Source: Mobula hypostoma (lineage: Eukaryota). Taken from it: DNA of 64,000 nt. The stretch lies in contig NC_086107.1 in NCBI RefSeq assembly GCF_963921235.1, forward strand, positions 115,012,001 through 115,076,000, given 5' to 3'. The notes below the pieces were generated by a model. The model was not told where the DNA came from, made no database searches, and saw only the letters and a list, made by a program, of their open reading frames with translations. Within the stretch, counting starts at the first letter, position 1. Every line of letters begins with the position of its first letter. Made by a program: the position numbers and the translations under genes. Below are positions 61,028 through 64,000 of this stretch, one piece after another.

Positions 61028-64000
61028 GGGGAGGGGGGGTGTCACGTGATGACGTGGGATTGAGACGTGTAAATCCAGCTCTCCCGCAACAAATCAGTAA
61101 AGTACCGTTTAAATAAAACAGTTGGTAAATAGTTTCTGAAAACTATTTATAAACTTTGTAAGACTACCTTACGATATGCCTCCTAAACCGCAACAAAAGA
61201 AGTCTGCTGTTGCGAAGCAGCCGCGAGACGGGAAGAAAAAAGGGCCTACTGCAACGATGGAGCCTCGGACTCAGGTTGGATCTCCTTCGGTAGAACAGGG
61301 AGCAATGGCGGTGGCAACGGTTTCTCCGAAGAAGACAACGGAAATGCGCATGCGCAAATCGACACAACGTAAACTACAAGAACCGACACCCACTGCAATT
61401 GAAAATGACTCAGAGTCAGAACTGGATTCTGCAGGGAACACAGATGAAGAAGAGGAGGAAGAATTGGAAGCGAGTGGAAGTAAAGGAGATGATAGAGACA
61501 TAAGAGAGGCTGTATTGCAATCAACGGCTGAATTAAGGAAAGTAAGAGAAGAGCTTAGAGATACGAAGAATAAAGTTATGGAAAGACAGGACAAAATGGA
61601 AAAGAAGCTTCAGAAGATGGAAAGAGAAATGGGGCTTATGAATGATAGAGTGGAAAAAACAGAAAATGATTTGCTTGTCTGGAACTCGGAAAGAAACCGA
61701 CTCTTGGAGAAAGTGGACATGTTGGAAAATTTCAGTAGACGTAATAATATTAAAATTGTTGGTCTTACAGAAGGTATGGAAGGAGAAAGGCCAATAGAAT
61801 TTTTTCAAAGAGGGATCCCGGATGTTTTGCAAATGGGAGAGGAGGTTCGACCGATTGAAATTGAGGGGGCACATAGAGCTCTAAGACCAAAACCAAAAGA
61901 TGACCAATATCCACGATCGATTTTAATAAAATTCTTAAGATTTCAAGACAAGGAAAGGATTCTACAGGCAGCTGCTCGAGCTGCCAAAGATAGAAAAGGG
62001 CCATTGATAATTAAAGGGAAACAAAGTTTTTTTCTACCCTGATATAAGTTACGAACTTTTGAAGAAAAAGAAGAAGTTTAATCCAGTGAAAAAAACCCTA
62101 TGGGATCATGGTTATCAATTTATACTGCGTTATCCTGCAACTTTGAAGATTTTTTTGCCTGGTGGAGAAAAAAGATTTTTTGATGACTACCAGAAAGCAG
62201 AGCAGTTTGTGCGAGATTCTCTGAATATTCACCAGCTACAAGAACAAACTCAGGAGAGCGAGATAGATTGAAGATGAACATTGGGTTAAAGAATGGATTT
62301 GTTGGATTTTCGAAGCTGGATGAATGTATAAATATATTATTAATTATATGAGGGGGTAAGAAAGGTTAATACTGGAGGAAATTAGTTGGGAATAATAATA
62401 CTAATTTTGTTTATATATATATAACTTTTTTTGTTGCGGGGGAGCTGGAAGAAGCACTGATCGATTGCTACGTTAATCATGTGTGCAAGCGTGGCTATTG
62501 CCACGACCCGTAAAATGGAGGGGGGTAGTGTTGTGTATCCTTTCATTCACAACATTAGTGGGGGGGGGGTATTTTGTTTTTTTTTTCTATCTCTTTTTCT
62601 TTTTGCCTGGAAGGTTGGGAGGGGGGGAACACATAGCAACATGGTGAAGTTTAAAGAGATTCCCCAAGGAACTATGAGAGTTGAGAAGATAAGTAATGTT
62701 TTAGATTGGAGTAACTTTGTTAAGAATAATGACTAATTTATTGAATTTTCTGAGTTTTAATGGTAATGGGCTTAATGGACCAGTGAAAAGAAAAAGAATC
62801 TTAACATATATTAAAAAAATGAAGATAGATTTAGCTTTTTTTTACAGGAAACGCACCTAACAGAAACAGAACATCAGAAACTAAAGAGAGATTGGGTGGG
62901 TAATGTTGTTGCGGCCTCATTTAATTCAAAAGCGAGGGGAGTAGCAATTTTGATCAATAAAACGTTACCAATTAGAATACAAAATGTAATAACTGATTCT
63001 GCGGGGAGATATGTGATTATACACTGTCAACTTTTTTCCGAACTATGGACTTTTATGAATATTTATGCACCAAACGAAAATGATGCAAAATTCATACAAG
63101 AAGCTTTTTTGAATTTGGCGGATGCACATGAAAAAATATTAATTGGAGGAGACTTTAATTTTTGCTTAGACCCAGTCTTAGATAGATCAACCAAGGCTGT
63201 TATAAAATTGAAGGTAGTAAATTTAACTTTATCATTGATGAAAGATTTAAATTTGATTTGATATATGGAGATATTCTCATAGACATAAAACTTACTCAAG
63301 GATAGATTTTTTTCTATTATCAATGCATATTCAACACAGAGTGAAAAATATGGAATATAAAGCAAGAATATTATCAGATCATTCTCCTTTATTAATGACA
63401 ATAATAATGGCTGATAAGGAAGAAGTGGCTTATAGATGGAGATTTAATTCAACATTATTAAAACGTCAAGATTTTTGTGATTTTATGAAAAAGCAGATTC
63501 AATTTTTTTTGGATACAAATTTTCATTCAGTGGAGGATAAATTTATATTATGGGATGCGATGAAAGCATATCTTAGGGGCCAGATAATAAGTTATACGTC
63601 TAAAATTAAGAAAGAATATATGGCAGAGCTAGATCAATTGGAAAAAGAGATTACAAGAATAGAAAAAGAATCTCAAAGATATATGTCAGAAGAAAAACGA
63701 AGACAACTTGTCAATAAGAAGTTACAATATAATACGCTTCAGACATATAGAACGCAAAAAGCAATTATAAGGTCTAAACAAAGGTATTAGGAGTTAGGTG
63801 AGAGAGCACATAAAATTCTTGCCTGGCAGTTGAAAACAGAACAAGTTTCCAAAACAATAAATGCAATTAGAACAAGGGCAAATAAAATATCTTATAAATC
63901 TCTTGAAATAAATGAAACCTTTAAAAATTTTTATTCTGAATTATATCAATCAGAATCCCAAAATGATGTTAATGAGATAGAAAGGTTTTTATCACAAGTT
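61028..64000 (+). mobile_element. L1-clade LINE with its 5' end present: ORF1 (61176-62271, one frameshift) and ORF2 endonuclease from ~62729, running off the window
   Basis: ORF1 coiled coil and LENFSRRNNIKIVGL..IEGAHR..PRSILIKF; ORF2 LQETHL, NIYAPN, GGDFN, LSDHSPL, WDAMKAYLRG; disabling indels. Confidence 0.93.

Noticed and set aside
61176..62042. 288-aa ORF as a domesticated L1TD1-like host gene
   Set aside because: It is frameshifted at a poly-T run and followed directly by L1 ORF2, so it is an ordinary disabled L1 copy.

Overview
Vertebrate genomic DNA. The repeat families (V-SINE/HE1-like SINEs, CR1, Rex-Babar, Penelope-derived repeats, a 52-bp CCCTCCACACCGTCCCATCACACAC satellite) suggest a cartilaginous fish, probably a ray; this is inference only. 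The main feature is an apparently intact leukocyte-type, I-domain integrin alpha gene (CD11 family, alphaM/X/D/L-like) on the minus strand. I reconstructed it by hand as 30 coding exons, from ATG 59761 to TAA 18393: 3570 nt, 1189 aa, with every intron GT-AG and phase-compatible. It has a signal peptide, FNLD N-terminus, beta-propeller, I-domain with MIDAS DGSNS, thigh/genu/calf domains, a TM segment, GFFKR and an unusually long tail containing a 7-aa repeat. The introns and flanks are filled with CR1, Rex-Babar, L1, Tc1, Gypsy and Penelope relics, minisatellites and long purine/pyrimidine tracts. The most unusual structure is a ~350-bp near-perfect fold-back insertion in intron 8 (151-bp arms, 10-bp target-site duplication). 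It carries a minimal hammerhead-ribozyme motif on each strand. A second, ribozyme-deleted fold-back copy sits in a three-layer nested insertion in intron 16.
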